From NCBI GenBank assembly GCA_039591655.1, contig JBDHDE010000028.1:1-33705 (forward strand): a stretch of DNA of 33,705 bases. Reading direction: 5' to 3'. Below are positions 18,545-27,842 of the stretch, piece by piece. Positions within the stretch are counted from its first letter, which is position 1. Each line of letters begins with the position of its first letter. The translations under genes and the position numbers were made by a program. The stretch comes from Gemmatimonadota bacterium (GTDB lineage Bacteria; Gemmatimonadota; Gemmatimonadetes; Gemmatimonadales; GWC2-71-9). The notes below the pieces were generated by a model. It saw only the letters and a list, made by a program, of their open reading frames with translations, was not told the DNA's origin and did not search any database.

Positions 18545-18561
18545 GACTGTTCACAACATGC

Positions 18562-18699
18562 CAAGTAAGCGCCTGAGCGCTTCACCCTCCTGCCGCCGGC
18601 CACTGGCCAGGCGTGCGTCAAGGGTTCCGATGCTTAGACGGGGGCGACAGGGTCCCCGGTGACAGCGGACTCGGGGGGCTCGGGTTCGCGTTTTTTGTT
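18562..18699 (+). ncRNA. Putative L20 ribosomal-protein leader (transcription attenuator)
   Basis: AAGTAAGCGC-ctga-GCGCTTCACC hairpin, long second stem (18583-18597 with 18643-18661), then a terminator with an alternative antiterminator pairing; lies directly upstream of infC-rpmI-rplT. Confidence 0.65.
18665..18699 (+). terminator. Intrinsic terminator within the infC leader
   Basis: GCGGACTCG (18665-18673) pairs with CGGGTTCGC (18681-18689), 9 bp including two G-U pairs, followed by TTTTTTGTT. Confidence 0.7.
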
Positions 18700-18726
18700 G
18701 GTCTGACACGGAAGGAGGAGCGCCAA

Positions 18727-19248
18727 CTGGCCGTTCCAGACGACAAACAGAAGGTACGGGTGAACCGCCAGATCCGGATCAGCCCGGTGCGGCTGATTGG
18801 GGCGGACGGGGAGCAAGTCGGCGTCGTACCCGTCGACGAAGCTCTCGAGGCGGCGCGCACACGGGGCTTGGACCTCGTGGAAGTGGCTCCGCTGGCCCGC
18901 CCACCCGTGGTCAAGATCATGGACTACGGGAAGTTCCGGTTCGAGCAGGCCAAGGCGGCGCGGGCCGCGCGCAAGAGGCAGCACAACATCCAGGTCAAAG
19001 AGGTGAAGTACCGGCCCGGGATCAGCGAGCACGATTTCGAATTCAAGACCCGACACGCGCGGACGTTCCTGGAGGAGGGGAACAAGGTCAAGCTGACCAT
19101 GATGTTCCGCGGTCGACAGGTGACGCATCCTGAGTTGGGCAAGGAAGTCCTGGATAGGGTGTGCGAGGCGCTCCAGGACGTCGGCAAGATCGAGATGGCG
19201 TCCAAGTTGGAGGGCCGCAACATGACGATGGTGCTGGCGCCGAAGTAG
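18727..19248 (+). CDS. infC: Translation initiation factor IF-3
   Basis: RVNRQIR, LDLVEVAP, PPVVKIMDYGKF, KVKLTMMFRGR and EGRNMTMVLAP. Start inferred at CTG 18727, 8 nt after AAGGAGG (173 aa). Confidence 0.96.
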   Translation: MAVPDDKQKVRVNRQIRISPVRLIGADGEQVGVVPVDEALEAARTRGLDLVEVAPLARPPVVKIMDYGKFRFEQAKAARAARKRQHNIQVKEVKYRPGISEHDFEFKTRHARTFLEEGNKVKLTMMFRGRQVTHPELGKEVLDRVCEALQDVGKIEMASKLEGRNMTMVLAPK

Positions 19249-19346
19249 CATCCGGTAGCAGGCAGCCATCACAATAGAGGAAAACGGACGCCCGGCGACG
19301 CGGAGCGGGTTCGCTGAGCGCGGGCTGAGGATTGGGAACCAGCCAT

Positions 19347-19541
19347 ATGCCGAAGCAGAAGACCAAACGCGGCGCGGCCAAGCGCTTCAAGATCACCGGC
19401 AGGGGGAAGGTGAAGCGCCGCCGTGCGTTCAAGAGCCATATCCTGACGAAGAAGCACCCCAAGCGGAAGCGCCGCTTGCGACAGAGCGCTCTCGTAGCGA
19501 GCGGGGACGTGCGTCGGATCAAGAAACTGCTACAGGCATAG
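19347..19541 (+). CDS. rpmI: 50S ribosomal protein L35
   Basis: [18 protein letters not shown]...HILTKK, 64 aa. Confidence 0.97.
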   Translation: MPKQKTKRGAAKRFKITGRGKVKRRRAFKSHILTKKHPKRKRRLRQSALVASGDVRRIKKLLQA

Positions 19542-19550
19542 GAGTGCACG

Positions 19551-19904
19551 ATGCCGAGAGTGAGGAGCAACGTCGCCCGTCTCAAGCGCAAGAAGAAGAT
19601 CATGCGCGCCGCAAAGGGTGCGCGCGGCGGGCGCAGCAAGCTGTACAAGTCGGCCAAGGAGAATGTCGAGCGCGGACTGCGGTATGCGTACCGCGATCGG
19701 CGGCAGCGGAAGCGGGACTTCCGCAAGCTGTGGATCGTGAGGATCAATGCCGCCGCTCGGCTGCACGACCTCTCCTACAGCCGGTTCATGTCCGGGCTGA
19801 AGAGGGCCGGTGTCGAGATCAACCGGAAGGTCCTCGCGGACCTGGCGGTGCGCGATCCGGCGGCGTTTGGCGAGCTGGCGGAGGTGGCGAAGAAGAGTCT
19901 CTAG
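19551..19904 (+). CDS. rplT: 50S ribosomal protein L20
   Basis: [30 protein letters not shown] and [10 protein letters not shown]. Confidence 0.98.
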   Translation: MPRVRSNVARLKRKKKIMRAAKGARGGRSKLYKSAKENVERGLRYAYRDRRQRKRDFRKLWIVRINAAARLHDLSYSRFMSGLKRAGVEINRKVLADLAVRDPAAFGELAEVAKKSL

Positions 19905-19919
19905 CGGCTTGAGCTGCCG

Positions 19920-20948
19920 ATGCCCGAATCTGCTTCCCCCCATGCAGAGCTCGAGGCCGTTGCTCGGGCGTTGGACCGGGTGTCCACGGCCGATGCGGCG
20001 GCTCTCGCCGAGCTCAAGACGGAATACCTCGGTCGCAAAGCCGGCAGGCTGACCGGCATCCTCCGCTCGCTGGCGTCTCTTCCTGCGGACGAGCGGCGCA
20101 CGGTAGGTGCCCGCGCCAATCAGCTCAAGAAGGAGCTGGAGGCTGCCGTCGCCGCCCGCGAGACCTCCCTCGAGGACGAAGCGGCCGGACCGCCGGCCGT
20201 CGACCGGACAATGCCCGGCCGCCACCAGTGGCGCGGCGCCAAGCACCCGGTCGCGGCCGTGGTCGATGAGATCTGCGACATCTTCCGCGAGCTGGGGTTC
20301 ACCCGGGTCTCGGGCCCGGAGGCGGAGACCGAGGACTACAACTTCACCAAACTCAACATCCCGCTGGACCACCCGGCGGCCGACGAGCACGACACGTTCT
20401 ACCTCGGTCCCGGCGTGCTGTTGCGTACCCACACCTCGCCGGTGCAGGCGCGCATCATGGAGCGGTACCAGCCGCCGATCCGCATCGTGGTGCCGGGGCG
20501 TGTGTATCGCCGCGATCCCTTCGACCCGTCCCACTCTCCCGTGTTCGAGCAGATCGAGGGCCTGGTCGTAGACGAGGACGTCAGCTTCGTCGACTTCAAG
20601 GCGGGGATCGATTTCTTCGTCAAGCGGTTCTTCACGCCCGACACAGCGGTGCGTTTCCGCCCGTCGTTCTTCCCGTTCACGGAGCCCTCGGCCGAGGTCG
20701 ACGTGCAGTGCCAGATGTGCCGCGGCAGCGGCTGCCCCACCTGCCAACAGACGGGGTGGCTCGAGATCATGGGCTGCGGCATGGTGCACCCGGCGGTGTT
20801 CGAGAACTGCGGCATCGACGCGGAGCGCTACACCGGCTATGCGTTCGGGATGGGCATGGAGCGGTCCACGATGCTGCGCCACGGGATTCCGGACATCCGC
20901 CTGCTGTTCGAAAACGACATGCGGTTCCTCTCGCAGTTCGTGGAGTAG
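19920..20948 (+). CDS. pheS: Phenylalanine--tRNA ligase alpha subunit
   Basis: LLRTHTSPVQ, GRVYRRD, RFRPSFFPFTEPS and GYAFGMGMER. Confidence 0.98.
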   Translation: MPESASPHAELEAVARALDRVSTADAAALAELKTEYLGRKAGRLTGILRSLASLPADERRTVGARANQLKKELEAAVAARETSLEDEAAGPPAVDRTMPGRHQWRGAKHPVAAVVDEICDIFRELGFTRVSGPEAETEDYNFTKLNIPLDHPAADEHDTFYLGPGVLLRTHTSPVQARIMERYQPPIRIVVPGRVYRRDPFDPSHSPVFEQIEGLVVDEDVSFVDFKAGIDFFVKRFFTPDTAVRFRPSFFPFTEPSAEVDVQCQMCRGSGCPTCQQTGWLEIMGCGMVHPAVFENCGIDAERYTGYAFGMGMERSTMLRHGIPDIRLLFENDMRFLSQFVE

Positions 20949-20950
20949 GG

Positions 20951-23305
20951 ATGATCGTTTCGGTCAATTGGCTCTCGGCCATCCTGGGACGCCAGGTGGA
21001 TCCCGCAGACGCAGCCGAGCGGCTGGCGATGCTGGGAGCGCCGGTGGAGGCCATGGAGCCCCTGGAACCCGCCCTCGAGGGGGTCGTCATCGGCCTGGTG
21101 GAGAAGGCCGCCAGACACCCCAACGCGGATCGCCTCACCCTGTGTCACGTGAACCACGGCGGCAAGAAGCTGGCGGAGGTCGTGTGCGGCGCGCCCAACG
21201 TGCGGGAGGGCGCCAAGTATCCCTACGCTGCGGCGGGCACGGTGCTTCCTGGAGGGCTCAAGCTCGAGGCCCGCAAGATCCGCGGCGTCGTCTCCAACGG
21301 CATGCTCTGCTCGGCGCGCGAGCTCGAGCTGGGCACGGAACACGAGGGGATCATGGAGATCCGCACGGACGCCGTGCCCGGCACTCCGCTGCTCGAAGCC
21401 ATGCCCCTCACCGACACCCAGATGGACTTGGAGGTGACCCCCAATCGTCCAGACCTGCTGTGCCACAAGGGGATCGCGCGGGAGCTGGGTGCCGCGTACG
21501 GCGTACCACTCAAGCTTCCCCCGTTTCCCGAGGCGCCCGTCGAGGGGGCGGCGCCGCGCCAGGTGAGGGGGCCGGGCACCGTGGGCGGCATCGAGATCAG
21601 CATCGAGGATGTGGAAGGCTGCCCGCGCTACATGGGGGCCGTCATTCGCGGGGTGAAGGTCGGGCCGTCGCCGGCGTGGCTCGAGGCGCGGCTGCGCAGC
21701 ATCGGGCAGCGGCCCATCAACAACGTGGTGGACGCCACCAACTATATCCTGTTCGAGCTCAACCAGCCGCTCCACGCGTTTGACCTGAACAAGGTCCGGG
21801 GCGGCAAGATCATCGTGCGCGCCGCGCACCGCGGCGAACAGATGATCACGCTGGACGGAGAGAAGCGCGATCTCACGCCCGACATGACGATGATCTGTGA
21901 CGGCGAGGGTCCGACGGCCATCGCCGGGGTCATGGGTGGAGGCGAATCCGAGGTCTCCGCTCAGACGACGGACGTGCTGCTGGAGTGTGCGTACTTCGAT
22001 CCCAAGCGGATCCGCGCCACGCGCCGGGCGCTCAAGATGAGCACCGAGGCCTCGTATCGCTTCGAGCGGGGCACCGACATCGAAGGCATGGCCGATGCGA
22101 TACGGCGCGCCGTGGCGCTCATCCGGGCGGTGGCCGGCGGCGAGGAGCAGGAGGCGGCGATCGACGTCTACCCGCGGCCGCGCAAGGCGCGCGCCGTGTT
22201 CGTGCGCCCCGAGCGGGTGGAGCATCTCCTGGGCATGCCGGTGTCGCAGGACGAGGTCGAGCGGCTACTCGTCGGGGTGGGGTTCCCGGTGGCCCCAAAG
22301 GACCGCCGCCTGCACGTGCAGGTCCCGGGGTGGCGGCCCGATGTGAGCCGGGAAGTGGACCTCATTGAGGAAGTCGCCCGCCTCAAGGGCTACGACTCCT
22401 TCCCCGTGGAGCTGCGCCCGTTCCGGGCCAGCGTTGTGCCGGACGACCCGATGCAGCCGGTGAAGGCGGCTGTGCGTCGCGTGATGACGGCCCTGGGGCT
22501 GAACGAGGCGCGCTCGCTGTCGCTCACTCGTGGGTCCGACGCAGCGTGGCGCGTGCTCAACCCCCTCTCGGCGGAGGAGGCATGCCTGCGCCAGAATCTC
22601 CTGGACGGCCTGATCCGCTCGGCGGAGCGCAACTGGGCGGCCCGGGTGCGCGACATTCGTCTGTTCGAGATGGGCACCGTGTTCCACCCACAGGGCGAGC
22701 GCATTCCCAGGGAGACGCAGCGCCTCGCCGCCGTGGTCTCCGGCGCCCGGGTCCCGCCGCACTGGTCGAGGGCGGGGAAATCGCCTGATTACGATCTTTG
22801 GGACGTAAAGGCTATGTTTGAGGAGGCGGTGCACCTCGCCGGTACCGGCGGTGAGATCGGCGACACCGAAGGTGGATGGGAGCTGCGGGACGACTCCGGA
22901 GAGCTGCTGGGTTGGGCCGGCTCCCTGTCGGCCGACCGACCGGCCTGGGCGGCGCCGCTGTTCGGGTTCGAGCTCGAGTTGGCTACGCGGGTGGGTCCGG
23001 CGGTGACTTTCGAGGCGCTCGCCACTACACCGCCGGTGGAGCGCGATGTGGCGCTGGTGCTACCGGACGGGGTGACGGCAAGGGACGCGGAGATGGTGAT
23101 GCGGGAGTCGGGCGGCGCGCTGCTCACCGACGCCCGGGTCTTCGATGACTACCGTGGCACGGGTTTGGCTGGACGCAGCGTGGCGTGGCGGTTGGTGTTC
23201 CGTGCGCCGGACCGCACGCTCCGCGAGGCGGAGGTCGACGAGGCGTTGACCACGGTGCTCGATACGCTCAAGGAGCGGCTGGGTGTCGAACGACGAGAGG
23301 CCTGA
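20951..23305 (+). CDS. pheT: Phenylalanine--tRNA ligase beta subunit
   Basis: HPNADRL, VCGAPN, TPNRPD, INNVVDATNY, RFERG, DLIEEVAR and C-terminal anticodon-binding domain (RDVAL...DRTL). ATG 20951. Confidence 0.97.
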   Translation: MIVSVNWLSAILGRQVDPADAAERLAMLGAPVEAMEPLEPALEGVVIGLVEKAARHPNADRLTLCHVNHGGKKLAEVVCGAPNVREGAKYPYAAAGTVLPGGLKLEARKIRGVVSNGMLCSARELELGTEHEGIMEIRTDAVPGTPLLEAMPLTDTQMDLEVTPNRPDLLCHKGIARELGAAYGVPLKLPPFPEAPVEGAAPRQVRGPGTVGGIEISIEDVEGCPRYMGAVIRGVKVGPSPAWLEARLRSIGQRPINNVVDATNYILFELNQPLHAFDLNKVRGGKIIVRAAHRGEQMITLDGEKRDLTPDMTMICDGEGPTAIAGVMGGGESEVSAQTTDVLLECAYFDPKRIRATRRALKMSTEASYRFERGTDIEGMADAIRRAVALIRAVAGGEEQEAAIDVYPRPRKARAVFVRPERVEHLLGMPVSQDEVERLLVGVGFPVAPKDRRLHVQVPGWRPDVSREVDLIEEVARLKGYDSFPVELRPFRASVVPDDPMQPVKAAVRRVMTALGLNEARSLSLTRGSDAAWRVLNPLSAEEACLRQNLLDGLIRSAERNWAARVRDIRLFEMGTVFHPQGERIPRETQRLAAVVSGARVPPHWSRAGKSPDYDLWDVKAMFEEAVHLAGTGGEIGDTEGGWELRDDSGELLGWAGSLSADRPAWAAPLFGFELELATRVGPAVTFEALATTPPVERDVALVLPDGVTARDAEMVMRESGGALLTDARVFDDYRGTGLAGRSVAWRLVFRAPDRTLREAEVDEALTTVLDTLKERLGVERREA

Positions 23306-23579
23306 GTTCCAAGCGCTCGAGGAGCTCCAGGAGGTCGTGAGCGACCTCATGGGTGAGCTCTCTTCCTGGCGGCGTCGCGCTCTCAAGGCAGAGGGCGATA
23401 GCGCCGAGTTGGGCGCCAGCTACAACGCTGTCGGGCAGCGCGAGCGCATTATCGGGCTCGAAGCCGAGAACGAAGCTCTCCAGGCTCGCCTCGATGCGGC
23501 GCGCGACCGCCTCAAGGATCTGCTCGGGCGCCTGCGGTTCCTCGAGGAGCAGGTGTCCGTGGAGGAGCAGGCCCGGTGA
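23283..23579 (+). CDS. Small coiled-coil protein, possibly ZapB-like
   Basis: 98 aa with a heptad pattern (LEAENEALQARL), AAGGAG SD before GTG, located between pheT and zapA. Confidence 0.7.
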   Translation: MSNDERPEFQALEELQEVVSDLMGELSSWRRRALKAEGDSAELGASYNAVGQRERIIGLEAENEALQARLDAARDRLKDLLGRLRFLEEQVSVEEQAR

Positions 23580-23911
23580 CAGGTAAGAAGCACATGGTCA
23601 AGGTGACCATCGGGACCGACGAGTACACGCTCAAGTCGGATCGCCCGCCGGAGTACACGCAGGCCGTGGCGGAGCACGTGGACCAGGCCCTGCAGGAGGT
23701 CCTGACGGTCGGTGCGATCGTGGAGAGCCACAAGGCGGCCATCCTCGCTGCACTGGCCATAACCGATGAGCTGTTCCAGGCTCGCCGTTCCCAAGCTGAA
23801 TTGGCCGAGCGGCTGCGCGCGCTCTCGGCCGAGCTATCCCGCCTGCTGCCCCCAGCCAAGCGGCGCTCCCCCAACACGGACCTGTTTGCCTCCTCGCCGG
23901 AAGGCGCGTAA
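23576..23911 (+). CDS. zapA: Cell division protein ZapA
   Basis: VKVTIGTDEYTL...AEHVD...AILAALAITDEL followed by a coiled coil; pheT-zapA-rny context. Confidence 0.9.
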   Translation: MTGKKHMVKVTIGTDEYTLKSDRPPEYTQAVAEHVDQALQEVLTVGAIVESHKAAILAALAITDELFQARRSQAELAERLRALSAELSRLLPPAKRRSPNTDLFASSPEGA

Positions 23912-23914
23912 ATT
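23886..23914 (+). promoter_or_regulatory. Putative promoter for rny
   Basis: TTGCCT (23886-23891), 17 nt, TAAATT (23909-23914); the predicted start site falls at the base of the hairpin at 23920-23941. Confidence 0.5.
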
Positions 23915-24009
23915 CAGCGAGCGTCACGGCTTAGTGACGCTGGCCCTGCCAACCTACGGCAAATGTGGCGCGATGCCTGACCGGGCGCGCTGCCGCTGGA
24001 GATATAGAT

Positions 24010-25587
24010 ATGTCAGCCGATCCGTTCGTGATCGTGGCCGCTCTCGTCGGAGCAGTTGTTGGCGGGGCGGTCTTTTTCGTGCTCGGCCGCCGGGCCGAGC
24101 GTCGGGAGGCGGAGCGGAGCGGCCGTTCGGCGGGGCAGCAGGCCGAACAGCTGCTCGGGCAGGCGCGGCGTGACGCGGAGTCGGCCAAGCACGAGGCGCT
24201 GCTCGAGGCCAAGGAAGAGATCCTGGGTCTGCGGGAGCAATGGGAGCGGGATGAGAAGGAGCGGCGCGACGAGCTAGACCGGCACCAACAGCGGCTGGAG
24301 GAGCGCGAGACGCTCATCGACCGCAAGCTCAACACGCTGGACGACCGCGAGCGTGAGCTCCAGCGGGGCGAGCAGTCCGTGTCCGACCGCAAGAAGGTGG
24401 TGCAGAAGAAGGAAGAGGAGCTAGAAGCTCTCGTCACCGATTGCCGGCAGCGCCTCGAGGCGGCGGCGGGGCTGTCGGCCGAGGACGCCAAGCAGCAGCT
24501 CCTCCAGGAAATGGTTGAGTCCGCCAGGAGTGACGCCGCCGCCACCATCCGTGATCTCCGCGAGGACGCCAGGCGCACGGCGGACCGCGAGGCGAAGAAG
24601 ATCATCGCACTGGCCGTCCAGCGGCTCGCTGCCGATCACACGGTGGAGACGAGCGTCTCCGCTGTCGCTCTGCCGAACGACGAGATGAAGGGTCGGATCA
24701 TCGGTCGGGAGGGCCGGAACATCAGGGCTTTCGAGACGGCAACCGGCGTGGACGTCATCATCGACGACACCCCCGACACGGTCGTCGTTTCCTGCTTCGA
24801 TCCCATCAGGCGAGAGGTCGCGCGGCGGGCCTTGGAGCAGCTCATCTCCGACGGCCGGATCCACCCCGGGCGGATCGAGGAGATCGTGGGCCGTGCCCGC
24901 GCGGAGCTCGAGCAGCAGCTCGTTGAGGCTGGCGAGGAGACCGTGTATGAGCTCGGCATCCGGGGGATGCACGACGAGCTGGTCAAGCTGCTGGGCCGCA
25001 TGAAGTACCGCACCTCGTACGGGCAGAACATGCTGGCTCATTCGAAGGAAGTGGCCTGGCTTGCCGGGATCATGGCCGAGGAGCTCAAGCTGGATGTCCA
25101 TTTGGCGAAGCGTGGCGCGCTGCTGCACGACATCGGCAAGGTGCTGACGCACCAGCACGAAGGGACGCACGTGCAGCTGGGTGTCGAGGTGGCCAAGCGG
25201 TACAACGAGCATCCCGTGGTCATCAACTCCATCGCCGCCCACCACGACGACGTTCCCCACGAATCGCCGATCTCGGTCATCGTCCAGGCGGCCGATGCAG
25301 CGAGCGGGGCCCGACCGGGCGCCCGCCGGGAGGCGTTCGAGACCTACGTCAAGCGGCTGAGCGCGCTGGAAGACATCGCCACGGGCTTTACGGGTGTCGA
25401 GAAGGCCTTCGCCATCCAGGCGGGCAGGGAGATTCGCATCGCCGTGCTGCCCGACGAAGTGAGTGACGGGGCGGCGGCGGAGTTGTCCGAGCAGATCGCA
25501 CGACGGGTCGAGAGTGAGTTGCAGTATCCGGGACAAATTAAAATCGTGGTCATTCGAGAAACGAGGGCTGTCGACTTTGCCCGCTAA
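24010..25587 (+). CDS. rny: Ribonuclease Y
   Basis: N-terminal TM helix, coiled coil, KH ([13 protein letters not shown]), HD (LLHDIGK) and AIQAGRE; ATG 24010 with GGAG SD. Confidence 0.98.
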   Translation: MSADPFVIVAALVGAVVGGAVFFVLGRRAERREAERSGRSAGQQAEQLLGQARRDAESAKHEALLEAKEEILGLREQWERDEKERRDELDRHQQRLEERETLIDRKLNTLDDRERELQRGEQSVSDRKKVVQKKEEELEALVTDCRQRLEAAAGLSAEDAKQQLLQEMVESARSDAAATIRDLREDARRTADREAKKIIALAVQRLAADHTVETSVSAVALPNDEMKGRIIGREGRNIRAFETATGVDVIIDDTPDTVVVSCFDPIRREVARRALEQLISDGRIHPGRIEEIVGRARAELEQQLVEAGEETVYELGIRGMHDELVKLLGRMKYRTSYGQNMLAHSKEVAWLAGIMAEELKLDVHLAKRGALLHDIGKVLTHQHEGTHVQLGVEVAKRYNEHPVVINSIAAHHDDVPHESPISVIVQAADAASGARPGARREAFETYVKRLSALEDIATGFTGVEKAFAIQAGREIRIAVLPDEVSDGAAAELSEQIARRVESELQYPGQIKIVVIRETRAVDFAR

Positions 25588-26461
25588 GATCATCGACGGA
25601 AAAGCGATTGCAGAGGAGATGCGGGCCGACCTGGCGCCGCAGATCGAGGAACTGAACAAGAACGGCATCACCCCAGGACTCTCGGTGGTGTTGGTTGGGG
25701 AGGACCCCGCCAGTCAGGTCTACGTCCGGATGAAGGGCAAGGCCTGCGAGAAGGCGGGCATGAAGAGCGAGACCATCACCATGCCCAAGGAGACGGCGGA
25801 GGCGGAGGTGCTGGCGGTGGTGCAGCGCCTCAATGACGATCCCGCCGTACACGGTATTCTGGTGCAGCTCCCGCTCCCCGACCAGATCAACGACCGGCGT
25901 GTCCTGTTCAGTATCCGGCCGGACAAGGACGTGGACGGGTTCCACCCGGTGAACATCGGCAAGGTGCAGATCGGAGACCCGACAGGCTTCCGACCGGCCA
26001 CCCCCTACGGTGTGCAACAGATGCTGGTTCGCAGCGGGGCGGAGATCTCCGGCGCTCACGTGGTGATCGTGGGCCGCTCGAATATCGTTGGTCGGCCGAT
26101 GGCTGCTCTGCTGTTGCACAAGGGCGAGGGCGGGAATGCCACCGTGACGGTGTGCCACTCTCGCACCCGGGATCTGCCGGGGGTGACGCGGGAGGCCGAT
26201 ATCCTGATCGCGGCCATCGGCCAGCCGGAGTTCGTGAAGGGCGACTGGGTGAAGCCGGGCGCCGTGGTCATCGACGTGGGCGTGAACCGTGTGGACGATG
26301 CCAGCAAGGAGAAGGGCTACCGCCTGGTGGGGGATGTGGACTTCGAGGCGGCCAGGGAAGTGGCGTCGGCCATCACGCCGGTGCCGGGCGGTGTGGGACC
26401 CATGACGATCACGATGCTGCTCTACAACACCGTGCAGGCCGCGCGCCAGTGGGCGGACTAG
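25577..26461 (+). CDS. folD: Methylenetetrahydrofolate dehydrogenase/cyclohydrolase FolD
   Basis: [33 protein letters not shown] and [11 protein letters not shown]; start inferred at TTG 25577. Confidence 0.96.
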   Translation: MPAKIIDGKAIAEEMRADLAPQIEELNKNGITPGLSVVLVGEDPASQVYVRMKGKACEKAGMKSETITMPKETAEAEVLAVVQRLNDDPAVHGILVQLPLPDQINDRRVLFSIRPDKDVDGFHPVNIGKVQIGDPTGFRPATPYGVQQMLVRSGAEISGAHVVIVGRSNIVGRPMAALLLHKGEGGNATVTVCHSRTRDLPGVTREADILIAAIGQPEFVKGDWVKPGAVVIDVGVNRVDDASKEKGYRLVGDVDFEAAREVASAITPVPGGVGPMTITMLLYNTVQAARQWAD

Positions 26462-27618
26462 ACCTCTTCGGCACCGTACCACCTGCGTCTGCGGAGGGGG
26501 CGTGGAGCGTGGCCGACGTCACGCGCCGCGCCCGGCAGCTCATCGAGGCCGGATTCACGCACATCTGGGTGCGCGGCGAGGTGACCGGCTTCAAGGCGTA
26601 CCGCTCGGGTCACTGGTACTTCTCGTTGCGCGACGCACAGGCGCAGGTGCGCTGCGTCATGTGGCGCAGCGACAACCAGCGGCTGCCCGGCCCGCCCGAG
26701 GAGGGGATGGCGGTGTTCGTCGAGGCTCGCCCATCAGTCTGGGAAGAGCGGGGCGAGTTCCGCCTTGCCATCAAGCAGCTCCTTCCCACGGCCGAGGACG
26801 GTCTATGGCAGCTCCAGCTCGAGCGGGCCAGGGCGGCCCTCGAGCGCGATGGGCTGCTGGACCCGGCTAGAAAGCGTGCCCTTCCCGGGTATCCGCGGCG
26901 CATTGCGGTGGTCACGAGCCCCGACGGGGCCGCCCTGCGGGACATGGTCTCCGTGGTGGGCCGCCGCTGGCCCCTCGTGGAGCTCTGGGTGGTGCCGAGC
27001 AAGGTGCAGGGTGAAGGTGCCGAGGAGGAGCTGTGCGCGGCGCTGGCGTTGGTGAACCGGCTGCCGGAGGTCGATCTGGCCATCGTCGGCCGCGGCGGAG
27101 GATCCCGCGAGGACCTCTGGGCGTTCAACAGCGAGCGCGTGGCGCGGGCAGTAGCCGACGTGAGTGTGCCAATCATCTCGGCAGTGGGTCACGAGACCGA
27201 TGTGGCCCTGACCGATCTCGTGGCGGACGTGCGGGCGCCGACGCCCTCGGCCGCGGCGGAAGCAGCCGTTCCCGACCGGTCGGCGGCACTCGACGCCCTC
27301 GCGGCGCTGTCCCGGCGTCTAGCCCGCGGGCTGAGCCGGCAGGCCGAGGTGGGGCACGAGCGCCTGGAGCGCACGGCGGACCGCCTGAGCGGGAGTGTGC
27401 AGATGCAGCTCGAGCGGCGGGAGAATCGGCTGGAGCGGCTCGCCGCGACGCTCGATGCGCTGAGCCCTCTCAAGGTCCTCGAGCGGGGCTATGCCGTGGC
27501 CCGGGATGAGACCGGCCGAGTACTCAAGCGAGCGGCGGCCTTCACGCCGGACCTCGCATTCCGGTTGGGATTCGCGGATGGCGACGTCCGGGCGCGCACC
27601 TTGGGGAGCGACGAATGA
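26449..27618 (+). CDS. xseA: Exodeoxyribonuclease VII large subunit
   Basis: [44 protein letters not shown] and [11 protein letters not shown]; start inferred at GTG 26449. Confidence 0.95.
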   Translation: MGGLDLFGTVPPASAEGAWSVADVTRRARQLIEAGFTHIWVRGEVTGFKAYRSGHWYFSLRDAQAQVRCVMWRSDNQRLPGPPEEGMAVFVEARPSVWEERGEFRLAIKQLLPTAEDGLWQLQLERARAALERDGLLDPARKRALPGYPRRIAVVTSPDGAALRDMVSVVGRRWPLVELWVVPSKVQGEGAEEELCAALALVNRLPEVDLAIVGRGGGSREDLWAFNSERVARAVADVSVPIISAVGHETDVALTDLVADVRAPTPSAAAEAAVPDRSAALDALAALSRRLARGLSRQAEVGHERLERTADRLSGSVQMQLERRENRLERLAATLDALSPLKVLERGYAVARDETGRVLKRAAAFTPDLAFRLGFADGDVRARTLGSDE

Positions 27619-27842
27619 GCGATCCCAAGCCGTCGTTTCGCGAGGAGCTGGAGCGGCTCGAGGCCATCGTGCGCGCCCTGGAGGATACCGATATCGATCT
27701 CGACCGCGCCCTCGGGCTGTTCGAGGAGGGCGTGCGGAGTCTCAAGACCGCGCGGGAACTGCTGCGCGATTCCGAGCTCACCGTCAAGCGTGTCCTGGAG
27801 GAATCCGACGGAGCGATCCGAACAGACGACCTCGATCGCTGA
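27615..27842 (+). CDS. xseB: Exodeoxyribonuclease VII small subunit
   Basis: SFREELERLEAIVRALE...LDRALGLFEEG, 75 aa, directly after xseA. Confidence 0.95.
   Translation: MSDPKPSFREELERLEAIVRALEDTDIDLDRALGLFEEGVRSLKTARELLRDSELTVKRVLEESDGAIRTDDLDR

Noticed and set aside
18545..18660. tRNA or T-box upstream of infC
   Set aside because: No cloverleaf with a TTC loop and no T-box consensus; the region fits an r-protein leader better.
20709..20745. CQMCRGSGCPTC Cys cluster in PheS
   Set aside because: A CxxCxxxGCxxC insert at this position is widespread in bacterial PheS and is not novel.
23912..24009. 6S RNA at its common position after zapA
   Set aside because: Only 98 nt, with two local hairpins instead of one long rod with a central bubble.
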